Positions 17,386 through 26,386 of a DNA stretch of 64,000 nucleotides are shown in pieces. A program made the position numbers and the translations under genes. The DNA comes from Kiritimatiellia bacterium. Lineage in GTDB: Bacteria; Verrucomicrobiota; Kiritimatiellia; CAIQIC01; Lenti-01. The stretch lies in assembly GCA_017527155.1 (NCBI GenBank), contig JAFXQI010000042.1, positions 67,600 to 131,599 of the forward strand. Reading direction: 5' to 3'. The notes beneath the pieces were generated by a model that was not told the origin of the DNA, did not search any database, and saw only the letters and a list, made by a program, of their open reading frames with translations. How positions within the stretch are numbered: the first letter of the stretch is position 1; every line of letters begins with the position of its first letter.

Positions 17386-18255
17386 CTACAGTCCGGGAGG
17401 CAATCCCGGCCCGGGCGGCAGGAACCCCGTCAGCACCTCTGTCCTCAATGCCTCCAGCTTCGGCGGCAGGTCGCGCGCCTGCAGGAAATCCACCAGCTCG
17501 CGGCGGGCGTTTTCCAGCATTACTTCGTCGGGCGGCTTCCCTCCGGCGCCCCCCGGACGCGGCAGGCGCCGCAGGCCCAGCGCGTCGTTCACGTGCGATT
17601 GCAGGCGGGTGAAATTCCAGTGCGCCCGCATCAGGCGCGAGAGGCGGCGTTTCGCCGCCGCGTATTGCGCCTGCAACACCGGGGGAACCGCTGCGGAAGC
17701 CTCCTCGCCGGGCAGCAACCATTCCAGCGGAAGCCGTTCGTCCAGGGCCAGAAGGGCGCGGAGGCGGACGGCGAGGCGCATGTAGCGCATGAGGGTCGAG
17801 TAGTTCATCCCGATGCGGTTGTCGGCCAGCCAGCCCCGGACGCCGCGGCCACGGCCCCGGATGCGTTTTGCGCCCGAAGGAGAGATATCGTAGAGGTTGC
17901 TGCGGTCGAGCGTCGGCGCCAGGTCCGCCAGGCGCGACCCGATCCGCAGGCGCACCGCGAGCGTGCGGGGCCGTACCGCCGCGTCGTCGGCGAACTCCTC
18001 CGGCGTCGGCGTCCCGCGCAGCGACGGCGAGGGCGGCCGCGGCACACGGAGACGGGTCCGGCGGCGCAGCTCGGAGAGGATGGCCTGTCCGCTGTCGGCC
18101 AGCCAGCTGCCGAGGGCGGCCGCCGAGAGCGCGGCGATCCCCGCGACGGCGACGGGCAGGACCACGGGCAGGGCAAGAGGCAGGGCGTAGGCGCGGGCGA
18201 CGTCGCCGGCAATCCCGGCGGCCTCGCGGAGGGTGTATTTGACCGTGTTGTTCAT
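17386..18255 (-). CDS. Hypothetical membrane-anchored protein, paralog family copy 2
   Basis: Start [23 protein letters not shown] (M61 of ORF 17386..18435). About 70 % identity to copies 1 and 3. The stop lies 105 nt upstream of dapA. Confidence 0.55.
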   Translation of the reverse strand: MNNTVKYTLREAAGIAGDVARAYALPLALPVVLPVAVAGIAALSAAALGSWLADSGQAILSELRRRTRLRVPRPPSPSLRGTPTPEEFADDAAVRPRTLAVRLRIGSRLADLAPTLDRSNLYDISPSGAKRIRGRGRGVRGWLADNRIGMNYSTLMRYMRLAVRLRALLALDERLPLEWLLPGEEASAAVPPVLQAQYAAAKRRLSRLMRAHWNFTRLQSHVNDALGLRRLPRPGGAGGKPPDEVMLENARRELVDFLQARDLPPKLEALRTEVLTGFLPPGPGLPPGL

Positions 18256-18318
18256 GGGCGGGAGCATGACGGTTGGGCTTGTGGAAGTCAAGTGTTTTTC
18301 CTGTTTCCAAAAGTGGCA
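18256..18318 (-). promoter_or_regulatory. Conserved upstream element of the paralog family, copy 2
   Basis: Gene orientation reads ...CACTTTTGGAAACAGGAAAAACACTTGACT-TCCACAAGCCCAACCGT-CATGCT-CCCGCCC-ATG. Spacing is the same as in copies 1 and 3. Confidence 0.35.
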
Positions 18319-18449
18319 GCGGTCCCGGGGAGTGAGGAGTGAATGGGAGGGGAAGAGGGGACTCTGGCGGTGAGGGCGGGGATGACGATGGAAGGGGGTG
18401 TTCCGCGGCGGGCGGGGCGGGCTGGACTTTTGCACGGGGGGGTGGCAAG

Positions 18450-20510
18450 ATGCGGCGCATGAAACACGGGCATTTTTCGAGTTTGGGCACGCGGATCCTC
18501 GCGGCGGCCGCGCTGGCGGCGGCGCTTCGGGGCGCCGCGCCGGCGGTGGCGCGGGCGCAGGAGGCGGAGGGCGGGGCGGTCCCGTCGGTGCAGTTCAATT
18601 TCGAGCAGGCGGACATCCGGCTCGTCACGAAGCTGGTGGGGCAGTGGACCGGGCGGACCATCATCGTGCCGGAAGGGGTGCAGGGCAAGCTGACGATCCT
18701 GACGCGCGGGGCGGTCCCCGCGGACGAGGTGTGGCCGCTGTACCTGCGGGCGCTGGAGGCGGCCGGGTACGCGGTGCGCGACGAGGGGGTGGCATGGCGC
18801 GTCGCGGCGCTGCCGGGCGCGGAGGCTCCGGTGACGGCGGGCGGCGCGGGGGACGGCGCCGAGGGCGGGCTGGTCACGGAAATCGTGCGGCTGAAGCACG
18901 TGGGGGCCGCGGACGTGAAGAAGGTGTTCGAGGGCATGGTGCGCGGCGGACGCGAGGGGGCACTGGAGGCGTTCGTGCCGGGCAACCACCTGCTGGTGAC
19001 GGGGACGGCCACGGAAGTGGCGCGCATCAAGTCGCTGGCGGAGCAGCTGGACCAGCCGGGGGCCGGCAGCGCGGTGGAGGTGGTCAAGCTGCAGAACGCG
19101 TCGGCGGAGGACGTGGCGGAGCAGCTGCGGGCGACGTTCGGGGCGTCGGACAGCGCGGCGTCGCGGGTCCAGAAGCACATGGCGCAGGTGACGGCCGGCG
19201 CGGGGGCGGGTCCGGCGGAGTTCTCGGTCGTGGCGGTGCCGCAGGCGAACAGCCTGGTGCTGGTGGGGCTGCCGGTGCAGATCGCGGACATGAAGCGCAT
19301 CCTCGAGAAGATGGATGTGGAGAACGCGGACGGCTTCGGGCGGCTGCGGGCGATTTTCCTGCAATACCTGTCGGCGGAGGAGGCGGCGAAGAGCCTCAAC
19401 GCGCTGCTGGGCAAGTCGGCGGAGGCGGAGCCGGGGCGGCGGTCGATCGCGATCGAGCCGAGCGTGGCGAACAACGCGCTGCTGGTGGACGCGCGGGGCA
19501 AGGATTTCGATTACGTGAAACGGCTGGTGGAGCAGCTGGACCAGGTTCCGCAGCAGGTGCTGGTGGAGGTGCTGATCGCGGAGGTGGACTTGGAGAAAGG
19601 CCTCGACCTGGGCGTGGAGTGGTTCGGCATCGAGCAGCCGGACGGGAGCGGCACGGGCGGCTTCGGGCGCACGCGCTACGGCGAGAGCGATTCGATGATG
19701 CAGCTGCTCGGCGAGGGCAAGTTCCCGCAGGGGCTGGCGGCGGGCGTGCTGAGCGGGACGTTCACGGCGCCCGACGGCACGGTCTACAACCAGATGCCGT
19801 TCTACCTGCGCGCGGTCGCCGGCGACAAGGACATCAAGATCCTTTCCAACATCCCGCTCTGGGCGCAGAACAACCTCGAAGCGAGCGTGAGCGTGGGGGA
19901 GAACATCCCGATCCTGAAGTCGTCGGTGGAGGGCTCCGGCAGCGACCGGGACTACATCCAGAACATCGAGCGGCGCGACGTCGGCATCACGCTGACCCTG
20001 ACGCCGCACGTGAACCCGAACCGGGAAATCCAGCTCGACCTCAACCCGTGCATCGAGACCGTGGTGGCGTCCGCCTCCGGCGACGCCGCGGCGGCGTACA
20101 CCCCGACCATCTCCCGGCGCGAAGTCAAGACGACCATCACCGTTCCCGACCGCAAGACCGTGGTCATCAGCGGCCTCATCCGCGAGGACACGAGCCGCAT
20201 CGAGAGCAAGGTGCCGATCCTGGGCGACATCCCGCTGCTGGGGTGGCTGTTCCGGTCGTCGAGCGACGTGAACAAGCGGACGAACCTGCTGATCTTCGTG
20301 ACCCCGCGCATCGTGACCGACGCCGCCGAAGCCGAAGCCGAGCGCGCGCGCCTCGAAGGCTCCGCCACGCTGCGCAACGCCGTCGACGACATCCAGCAGC
20401 CCTCGCCCGAGGCGGAAATCGCCGACATGGAAGCGCGGGACAAGGCGGCCCGCCGCAAGGCCGCCGCCGAGCGCAAGGCCGCGAAGCGCGCCGCGGATGG
20501 GGAGCCGTGA
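18450..20510 (+). CDS. gspD: Type II secretion system secretin GspD
   Basis: Start MRRMKHGHF (M38 of ORF 18339..20510) is followed by a signal peptide. N0/N1-type domains precede the secretin C-domain (VPILGDIPLLGWLFRSSSDVNKRTNLLIFVTPRIV). Confidence 0.85.
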   Translation: MRRMKHGHFSSLGTRILAAAALAAALRGAAPAVARAQEAEGGAVPSVQFNFEQADIRLVTKLVGQWTGRTIIVPEGVQGKLTILTRGAVPADEVWPLYLRALEAAGYAVRDEGVAWRVAALPGAEAPVTAGGAGDGAEGGLVTEIVRLKHVGAADVKKVFEGMVRGGREGALEAFVPGNHLLVTGTATEVARIKSLAEQLDQPGAGSAVEVVKLQNASAEDVAEQLRATFGASDSAASRVQKHMAQVTAGAGAGPAEFSVVAVPQANSLVLVGLPVQIADMKRILEKMDVENADGFGRLRAIFLQYLSAEEAAKSLNALLGKSAEAEPGRRSIAIEPSVANNALLVDARGKDFDYVKRLVEQLDQVPQQVLVEVLIAEVDLEKGLDLGVEWFGIEQPDGSGTGGFGRTRYGESDSMMQLLGEGKFPQGLAAGVLSGTFTAPDGTVYNQMPFYLRAVAGDKDIKILSNIPLWAQNNLEASVSVGENIPILKSSVEGSGSDRDYIQNIERRDVGITLTLTPHVNPNREIQLDLNPCIETVVASASGDAAAAYTPTISRREVKTTITVPDRKTVVISGLIREDTSRIESKVPILGDIPLLGWLFRSSSDVNKRTNLLIFVTPRIVTDAAEAEAERARLEGSATLRNAVDDIQQPSPEAEIADMEARDKAARRKAAAERKAAKRAADGEP

Positions 20511-22060
20511 GCGCGGCCGCCGCCAGCGAAGGCCTTCCGCGCGTCGAGCGCATCGAGGAGGGGTGGCTCGATCCGGCGCTGCTGGAGAGCGTGCCCGTCG
20601 AGTGGGTGCGGAGGCAGGGGATCCTCCCGGTGCGGCGCGACGGGGCGCTGTGGCTGCTCGCCGCCGACGCCTCCAACGTCCAGGCCTACGAAGACCTCTC
20701 CCTCCTGCTCGGGGCCGACGGCATCTGGGCCACCGCGCCCGCCGACGAAATCCGCCGCGCCGCCGACGCCTGCTACTTCCGCCGCGCCGGCGTCGCCGCC
20801 CCCGCCGCCGACGCCGCCCCCTCCGGCACCCCGCCCCCGCTCCCGGCGCCGCAGAGCCGCGCCGACGACCTCCTCGCGGGCGGTGCCGACGCGCCCGTCG
20901 CGCGGTACGTCAACTCCGTGCTGATCGAAGCGGTCAAGCGCGGCGCCTCCGACGTCCACGTCGAGCCCTTCGAGAGCGGTCTGGCGATCCGCTACCGCAT
21001 CGACGGCCTCCTCTACTCCCAGCCCCCGCCGCCGCCCGCGATGGCGGCGCCGCTGGTCGCGCGCCTCAAGGTGATGGCGAGCCTGGACCTCGCCGAGCGG
21101 CGCCTGCCCCAGGACGGCGTGGCGCGGGTGCGCGTCGGCGAGCGCGAGATCGACATCCGCGTCTCGTGCGTGCCGGTCGCCGAAGGCGAACGCGTGGTCC
21201 TGCGCCTCCTGCACCGCGAGAGCATCCGCTACGCGCTGGGCGACCTCGGGATGGCGACGGGGCTTCTCTCCGACTTCCGCCGCCTCCTGCGCGAACCGCA
21301 CGGGGTCATCCTGGTGACCGGCCCGACGGGCAGCGGCAAGACCACGACCCTCTACGCGGCGCTGCGCGAACTCGACACCGCGCACCTGAACGTGATGACC
21401 ATCGAAGACCCGATCGAGTACCAGCTCGAAGGCATCGGGCAAATCCAGACCCATCCGCAGATCGGCCTGACCTTCGCGAGCGGGCTGCGGCACATCCTGC
21501 GGCAGGACCCCGACGTCATCCTCGTCGGCGAGACCCGCGACATCGAGACGGCGGAAATCGCCATCCAGGCGTCGCTGACCGGGCACCTCGTCTTCACGAC
21601 CCTGCACACCAACGACGCCCCCGGCGCCGTCGTGCGCCTGACCGACATGGGGATTGCGCCCTACCTGCTCGCGTCGAGCGTCCGGGCCGTGCTGGCGCAG
21701 CGGCTGGTGCGGCGGCTGTGCCCGCACTGCCGGAGGCGGGTGGCGCTGGGGGCGGAAGAAGCGGCGCGGCTCGGCGTCGCGGGGCGCGCGGGCGCGGAGA
21801 TTTGGGAGGCGAACGCCGAAGGCTGTCCGCAGTGCCTCGGCGGCTACCGCGGCCGCACGGGCATCCACGAACTGCTGCTGGCGACGCCGGAACTGGCGGA
21901 AGCGGTACGCACGGGGGCGCCGCTGGCGGAGCTGCGGGGGATCGCGGCGCGGGGCGGCTTCACCGACATGCTCGCGGACGGCGCGGAAAAGGTGCTGCGC
22001 GGGGAGACGTCGGTGGCGGAAGTGCTGCGCGCGGTGGGTTCCCGCGAAGCGGGAGCGTGA
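20507..22060 (+). CDS. gspE: Type II secretion system ATPase GspE
   Basis: GTG start overlaps the gspD stop (GTGA). GspE features are VILVTGPTGSGKTTTLYA (Walker A), the Asp box, the His box and the CPHC...CPQC zinc tetracysteine motif. Confidence 0.85.
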   Translation: MSAAAASEGLPRVERIEEGWLDPALLESVPVEWVRRQGILPVRRDGALWLLAADASNVQAYEDLSLLLGADGIWATAPADEIRRAADACYFRRAGVAAPAADAAPSGTPPPLPAPQSRADDLLAGGADAPVARYVNSVLIEAVKRGASDVHVEPFESGLAIRYRIDGLLYSQPPPPPAMAAPLVARLKVMASLDLAERRLPQDGVARVRVGEREIDIRVSCVPVAEGERVVLRLLHRESIRYALGDLGMATGLLSDFRRLLREPHGVILVTGPTGSGKTTTLYAALRELDTAHLNVMTIEDPIEYQLEGIGQIQTHPQIGLTFASGLRHILRQDPDVILVGETRDIETAEIAIQASLTGHLVFTTLHTNDAPGAVVRLTDMGIAPYLLASSVRAVLAQRLVRRLCPHCRRRVALGAEEAARLGVAGRAGAEIWEANAEGCPQCLGGYRGRTGIHELLLATPELAEAVRTGAPLAELRGIAARGGFTDMLADGAEKVLRGETSVAEVLRAVGSREAGA

Positions 22061-22094
22061 GGGGAGCGGGAGTTGTGACGGAAGGAACGCGGCC

Positions 22095-23636
22095 ATGACC
22101 CTGCGCGAATTGGAAAAGCTTGTAGCCGACGGCGAGGGCGAAACCGTCGAATTCAAGGAGACGACCGGACAGCGCGGCGACGCCTGCCGGACCCTGTGCG
22201 CTTTCCTGAACGGAAAGGGCGGGACCGTCGTTTTCGGTGTTTCCCGCAAAGGGGTGTTGCAGGGGCAGGCCGTTTCCGACGCCACGAAGCGCGATTTGTT
22301 CGAGGTTTTCGACCGGTTCGAACCGGCGGCCGACATTGCGACCGAGTGGGTCCGCGTGGACACGATCCGCCAAGCCATCGTCTGCCGCGTGGAGCGCGGC
22401 AACATGCGCCCCTATCTCCACGACGGGAAACCATACCGGCGGGTCCAGTCCTCCACGACGGTCATGTCGCAGGAGGAATACGAGCGGATGCTTTCCGAAC
22501 GCGGCGGATTCAGGAGCGATTGGGACATGCAGCCCGCCCAGCACCTCTCCATGGAGGACCTCAATCTGGATGAAGTCGCGAAAACCGCCCGCATGGCCAT
22601 CGCCGCAGGGCGACTGGCTTCCAACGCCGACACGACCAATCCCTCCACGCTCCTGCGGAAGTTCCGCGTCATGCGCGACGGTCGTCTTCTCAACGCCGCC
22701 GCCGTCCTGTTCGGCACCCCCGACATGTTTTATCCCCAATGCCAAATCAAGATGGCGCGTTTCAAGGGGAGCGGCCGGAACGAATTCGGCGACGAACGTC
22801 GCGAAAGCGGGAACGTCTTCGCCCTCATGGACGCCGCCATGCAGTTCTGCTTCAAGCACTTGAACCTGTCCGGGAAAGTGGAGGGATTTCTCCGTGAGGA
22901 GCGTCTCGAATTGCCGCCGGAGGCCCTGCGCGAGGCCATCCTGAACGCTCTCGCCCACCGCCAGTACTCCCGCACCGCCACTGTTTCCCTGGCGATTTAC
23001 GACGACCGCGTGGAAATCACCAGCCCCGGCGGCTTGCCGCCGGGCAAGACCGTCGGCACCCTGATGGAGGAACACGAATCCGAACCCCGCAACACGCTCG
23101 TCGCCCAAGTGATGTATCTCCGAAAAGCCATCGAGATGTGGGGCCGGGGTTTCTCGCTCATGGCCACGGAATGCGCACGCTACGCCGTTCCCGCGCCGCT
23201 GGTGGCGGAAACCCCGGACGGTTTCGTGAAGGTCACCTTCCAACGCCCCGCTTCTGGCACCCCGGTGGGCCCGGAAGTTGGCACAACAGGCGGGAAATTT
23301 GGCACAACACCCCCGGAAGTTGACACAACAGGCGGAAAAGCTGGCACAACACCCCACGAGCCCGACCCGTTGCTTTCCAAAATTCAGTGGACCCTGGATA
23401 CCTGTTCCCCCGTTCTCCGAAAGAATGTGCGCCACAATGCCGAACAGGTGCTCCTAGAGATTGCCCGAGACCCCGTCGTGACCATCAAGGAGATTGCAGG
23501 CAAGACATCCCTCTCCCGGACAACGGTCAACAACATTCAGACACTGTTGAGGAATTTCGGCATCCTCTACCGGATCGGGGGGCATTTCGGCGGACGCTGG
23601 CTCGTGGTTTGGAAAGGCACTTCCAAAACTCCCTGA
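22095..23636 (+). CDS. AlbA_2 (divergent AAA / Schlafen-like) plus HATPase_c_4 plus C-terminal winged-HTH protein (so-called RecG-like putative transcriptional regulator family)
   Basis: Start MTLRELEKLVADGEGETVEFKETTGQRGDACRTLCAFLNGKGGTVVFGV (M148 of ORF 21654..23636). The HATPase_c_4 signature ILNALAHRQYS...DDRVEITSPGGLP is present. GC is about 60 % against roughly 72 % in the flanks. An internal in-frame 42-bp x2 repeat is listed separately. Confidence 0.65.
   Translation: MTLRELEKLVADGEGETVEFKETTGQRGDACRTLCAFLNGKGGTVVFGVSRKGVLQGQAVSDATKRDLFEVFDRFEPAADIATEWVRVDTIRQAIVCRVERGNMRPYLHDGKPYRRVQSSTTVMSQEEYERMLSERGGFRSDWDMQPAQHLSMEDLNLDEVAKTARMAIAAGRLASNADTTNPSTLLRKFRVMRDGRLLNAAAVLFGTPDMFYPQCQIKMARFKGSGRNEFGDERRESGNVFALMDAAMQFCFKHLNLSGKVEGFLREERLELPPEALREAILNALAHRQYSRTATVSLAIYDDRVEITSPGGLPPGKTVGTLMEEHESEPRNTLVAQVMYLRKAIEMWGRGFSLMATECARYAVPAPLVAETPDGFVKVTFQRPASGTPVGPEVGTTGGKFGTTPPEVDTTGGKAGTTPHEPDPLLSKIQWTLDTCSPVLRKNVRHNAEQVLLEIARDPVVTIKEIAGKTSLSRTTVNNIQTLLRNFGILYRIGGHFGGRWLVVWKGTSKTP
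23261..23344 (+). repeat. In-frame tandem repeat (4 x 21 bp, equivalently 2 x 42 bp) inside the AlbA_2/HATPase_c_4 gene
   Basis: The units are gttggcacaacaggcgggaaa / tttggcacaacacccccggaa / gttgacacaacaggcggaaaa / gctggcacaacaccccacgag. They encode EVGTTGGKFGTTPP-EVDTTGGKAGTTPH in the linker before the C-terminal wHTH. Confidence 0.5.
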
Positions 23637-23647
23637 GGGGCCGCGGC

Positions 23648-24607
23648 GTGAAGATCCTGACCAATCTCGCGTTCGTGCAGAGCCGGGTGTGGAGCGCGGC
23701 GGCGGAGAGCATCTGCGCGGACGGCGAATCGCCGGACGAAATGGGCGCGCTGCGGCAGGCGTGGAGGTTGTGGAGGCGGAGAAGGGGTGCGGACGCGGTG
23801 GTGACGATGGGGGCGCGGGCGTCGCTGGCGTACGGGCTGCTTTGCGCGGCGACGGGCGTCGCGTCGCGGCAGGTGATGATGGAGTATTTCCTCGACATCC
23901 CGCGGCCGGAGTCGTGGCGCTGGCGGTTCAAGCACGCGCTGTACCGGATCGTCGCGCGGCGGGCGCTGGGGATTCTCGTCAACAGCAAGGGGGAAATCGA
24001 GTCCACGGCGTCGCGGTTCGGGCTGGAGAGGGCAAAGGTGCTGTTCGTGCCGATGTATTCGACGATCGAGAAGCCCGAATGCGTCGAGGACAACGAGGGC
24101 ATCGTCGTGTCGGTCGGGCGGACTTTGCGCGACAACGCGACGCTCCTCGCCGCGGCGCGGCGGTTCCGCGCGCCGCTGGTGCTGGTGGTGGGGAAGGACG
24201 ACAAGCTGCCGGAGCCGCTGCCGTCCAACGTCGAGCTGCTGCGCGAGATTCCGCTGGAAGAAGCCCACCGGCTGATGCGGCGCGCCGCGGTCGTGGTCAT
24301 TCCGCTGCTGCCGGCGGAGCGCTCCACGGGGCAGGTCGTCGTGCTGGAAGCGATGGCGCTCGGCAAGCCGGTGGTCGCGACGGAACTGGCGGGTACGGTG
24401 GACCTCATCGCGAGCGGCGTGGACGGGGTGTTGGTCCCGGCGGGCGACGCCGAGGCGCTGGCGTCCGCCGTCAACCACCTCCTGGAAACGCCTGACGAAG
24501 CCCGCGCCATCGGCCGCGCGGCGTACCGGCGGATCGCGGCGACGGGGTCGGCGGACCACCGCGGACGGGCGATGCTGGAGGCGGTCGCTGCGCTCGCCGC
24601 GCGCTGA
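23648..24607 (+). CDS. Glycosyltransferase family 4 (GT-B), with an apparently short N-terminal domain
   Basis: GTG start VKILTNLAFV (res 88 of ORF 23387..24607). The C-terminal GT4 signature is present: VGKDDKLPEP...LLREIPLEEAHRLMRRAAVVVIPLLPAERSTGQVVVLEAMALGKPVVAT (the E-x7-E region). An alternative ATG lies at 23741. Confidence 0.5.
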   Translation: MKILTNLAFVQSRVWSAAAESICADGESPDEMGALRQAWRLWRRRRGADAVVTMGARASLAYGLLCAATGVASRQVMMEYFLDIPRPESWRWRFKHALYRIVARRALGILVNSKGEIESTASRFGLERAKVLFVPMYSTIEKPECVEDNEGIVVSVGRTLRDNATLLAAARRFRAPLVLVVGKDDKLPEPLPSNVELLREIPLEEAHRLMRRAAVVVIPLLPAERSTGQVVVLEAMALGKPVVATELAGTVDLIASGVDGVLVPAGDAEALASAVNHLLETPDEARAIGRAAYRRIAATGSADHRGRAMLEAVAALAAR

Positions 24608-24701
24608 CCTCCGCGGGGAGGGGTGGCGGCGGGGGGTTGTCCGGCACACTTTTTCCTTGCATGGGGCGGGGTTGGAGGGTAGGGTGGGTGGTGTTCGAAG
24701 C

Positions 24702-24783
24702 GCCGGAGTGGCGGAATGGCAGACGCAGCAGACTCAAAATCTGCCGCCCTCTGGGCGTAAGGGTTCAAGTCCCTTCTCCGGTA
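24702..24783 (+). tRNA. tRNA-Leu (anticodon CAA)
   Basis: Hand fold: acceptor GCCGGAG/CTCCGGT, anticodon stem gcaga/tctgc with loop cTCAAaa, a long variable arm cgccctctgggcgt (class II), T-arm aaggg-ttcaagt-ccctt. CCA is not encoded. Confidence 0.8.
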
Positions 24784-24798
24784 CACTTCGGGCGACGC

Positions 24799-24889
24799 GG
24801 AGAGGTGCCAGAGTGGCCTATCGGGCACGCCTGGAGAGCGTGAGTGCTCCAAAAGGGCACCGTGGGTTCAAATCCCACCCTCTCCGCCA
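24799..24889 (+). tRNA. tRNA-Ser (anticodon GGA)
   Basis: Acceptor GGAGAGG/CCTCTCC, anticodon stem cacgc/gcgtg with loop cTGGAga, a long variable arm, T-arm gtggg-ttcaaat-cccac, discriminator G, CCA encoded. Confidence 0.8.
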
Positions 24890-25004
24890 TTTTTGTGCCC
24901 CGGTGCCGGGGGCGGAACCGGGGAGCGGGGGGTTCGCTTTTGGGCTTCAGTTCCGGGACGGGAGGGGGTAAGGTGGTCGGGATGTTTTCCAGCGAGGAAC
25001 CGAG

Positions 25005-26384
25005 ATGAAGAGTTTCAAGAGTCCGTTGAAGTGGTGGCTCGTGGCGGGCGTGCTGTTCGCCAACCTGGCCGCGGGCGTGCGCCTGTATTCCCAGGAGACC
25101 GCCGGTGCCGTCGCCAAGGCCGCCGCCGAGGAGAAGTCCCCGTACGAGATGTACGCGCTCTTCTCCACCGTGGTCGAGCAGATCCGCGCGCAGTACGTCG
25201 ACGCCGACAAGTGCGGCTACGAGGACCTCATCCACAGCGCCCTCCACGGCATGCTGCAGTCCCTCGACCCGCACAGCTCCTTCATGGACGAGGAGGAATT
25301 CGCTTCCATGAAGGAGGACACCTCCGGCAAGTTCGGCGGCCTCGGGATCACCATCGGCATCAAGAACGCCATCCTCACCGTCATCGCCCCCATGGAAGGC
25401 ACCCCCGCCTTCCGCGCCGGCCTGCTCGGCGGCGACAAGATCGTCGAGATCGAGGACGAATCCACCGACGGCCTCGCCCTGGAAGAGGCCGTCAAGAAGC
25501 TCCGCGGCGACCCCGGGACCCAGGTCAAGATCAAGGTCTTCCGGCCCGGCACGCACCTGTTCAAGACGTTCACCCTCACGCGCGCCATCATCAACGTCCC
25601 GAGCGTGAAGGACACGCGCGTGCTCGACGGCGGCATCGGCTACGTGCGGATGCTCCAGTTCGGCGAGGACACGGCGGCCGACCTGCAGGACGCGCTGGAC
25701 GAGCTGGAAGCGCAGGGCGTCAAGGCGCTGGTGCTGGACCTGCGGAGCAATCCGGGCGGGCTGCTGGCGTCGGCGGTGGAGGTGGCGCAGAAGTTCCTGC
25801 GGAAGGGTGACCTGATCGTGTTCACCCGCACGCGCGACGGGCGGATCGACCGCTCGTACTCGGCGCGCCCGCGGAAAGCCTTCCCGAAAGTCCCCATGGC
25901 CATCCTCATCAACGGCTACAGCGCCAGCGCCTCGGAAATCGTCGCCGGCGCCCTCCAGGACCACCACCGCGCGGTGCTGGTCGGCGAGAAGAGCTTCGGC
26001 AAGGGCTCGGTCCAGAGCGTGCTGCCGCTGGACGACGGCAAGGTCGCGATCCGCCTGACGACCGCCAAGTACTACACGCCCAGCGAACGCGTCATCCACG
26101 AGAACGGCATCGAGCCGGACATCGTGGTCCCCATGACCGCCGAGAACTGGCGCAACGTCGTCATCGCCCGCAACAAGGCCGAGCAGCTGACGGGCGACGA
26201 GGAACTCGCCGCGACCGACGAAGGCTGGGAGAGCGGGGACGGCGAGGTCGTCGAGGACGGCGCGGAGCTGCTCCCGGACGGGGAAGAGGCGTCCGTCGGC
26301 AAGGACTCCGGCGACGATACCGACCCGCAGCTCGACCGCGCCTGCGACGTCCTGCGCGGGATGCTCGCGTTGCAGGGGCGCTGA
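25005..26384 (+). CDS. ctpA: Carboxyl-terminal processing protease (S41 family)
   Basis: Signal/TM N-terminus, a PDZ domain, and S41 catalytic motifs GYSASASEIVAGALQD and GEKSFGKGSVQ. Confidence 0.8.
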   Translation: MKSFKSPLKWWLVAGVLFANLAAGVRLYSQETAGAVAKAAAEEKSPYEMYALFSTVVEQIRAQYVDADKCGYEDLIHSALHGMLQSLDPHSSFMDEEEFASMKEDTSGKFGGLGITIGIKNAILTVIAPMEGTPAFRAGLLGGDKIVEIEDESTDGLALEEAVKKLRGDPGTQVKIKVFRPGTHLFKTFTLTRAIINVPSVKDTRVLDGGIGYVRMLQFGEDTAADLQDALDELEAQGVKALVLDLRSNPGGLLASAVEVAQKFLRKGDLIVFTRTRDGRIDRSYSARPRKAFPKVPMAILINGYSASASEIVAGALQDHHRAVLVGEKSFGKGSVQSVLPLDDGKVAIRLTTAKYYTPSERVIHENGIEPDIVVPMTAENWRNVVIARNKAEQLTGDEELAATDEGWESGDGEVVEDGAELLPDGEEASVGKDSGDDTDPQLDRACDVLRGMLALQGR

Positions 26385-26386
26385 CC

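Noticed and set aside
15575-19501. 1308-aa minus-strand ORF
   Set aside because: It is a stop-free frame that contains dapB at its 3' end but otherwise reads through dapA, the paralog and gspD in wrong frames or antisense. It is not a single gene.
19952-22405. 817-aa minus ORF and the 533-aa + ORF 20497..22098 overlapping gspE
   Set aside because: Arg/Pro-rich nonsense translations. gspE in the frame of ORF 18398..22060 carries Walker and Zn-finger motifs.
23261-23344. Sigma-54 promoter reading of TGGCAC motifs in the tandem repeat
   Set aside because: TGGCAC recurs, but no correctly spaced TTGC(A/T) -12 element follows any copy. It lies inside a coding region and is better explained as an in-frame peptide repeat.
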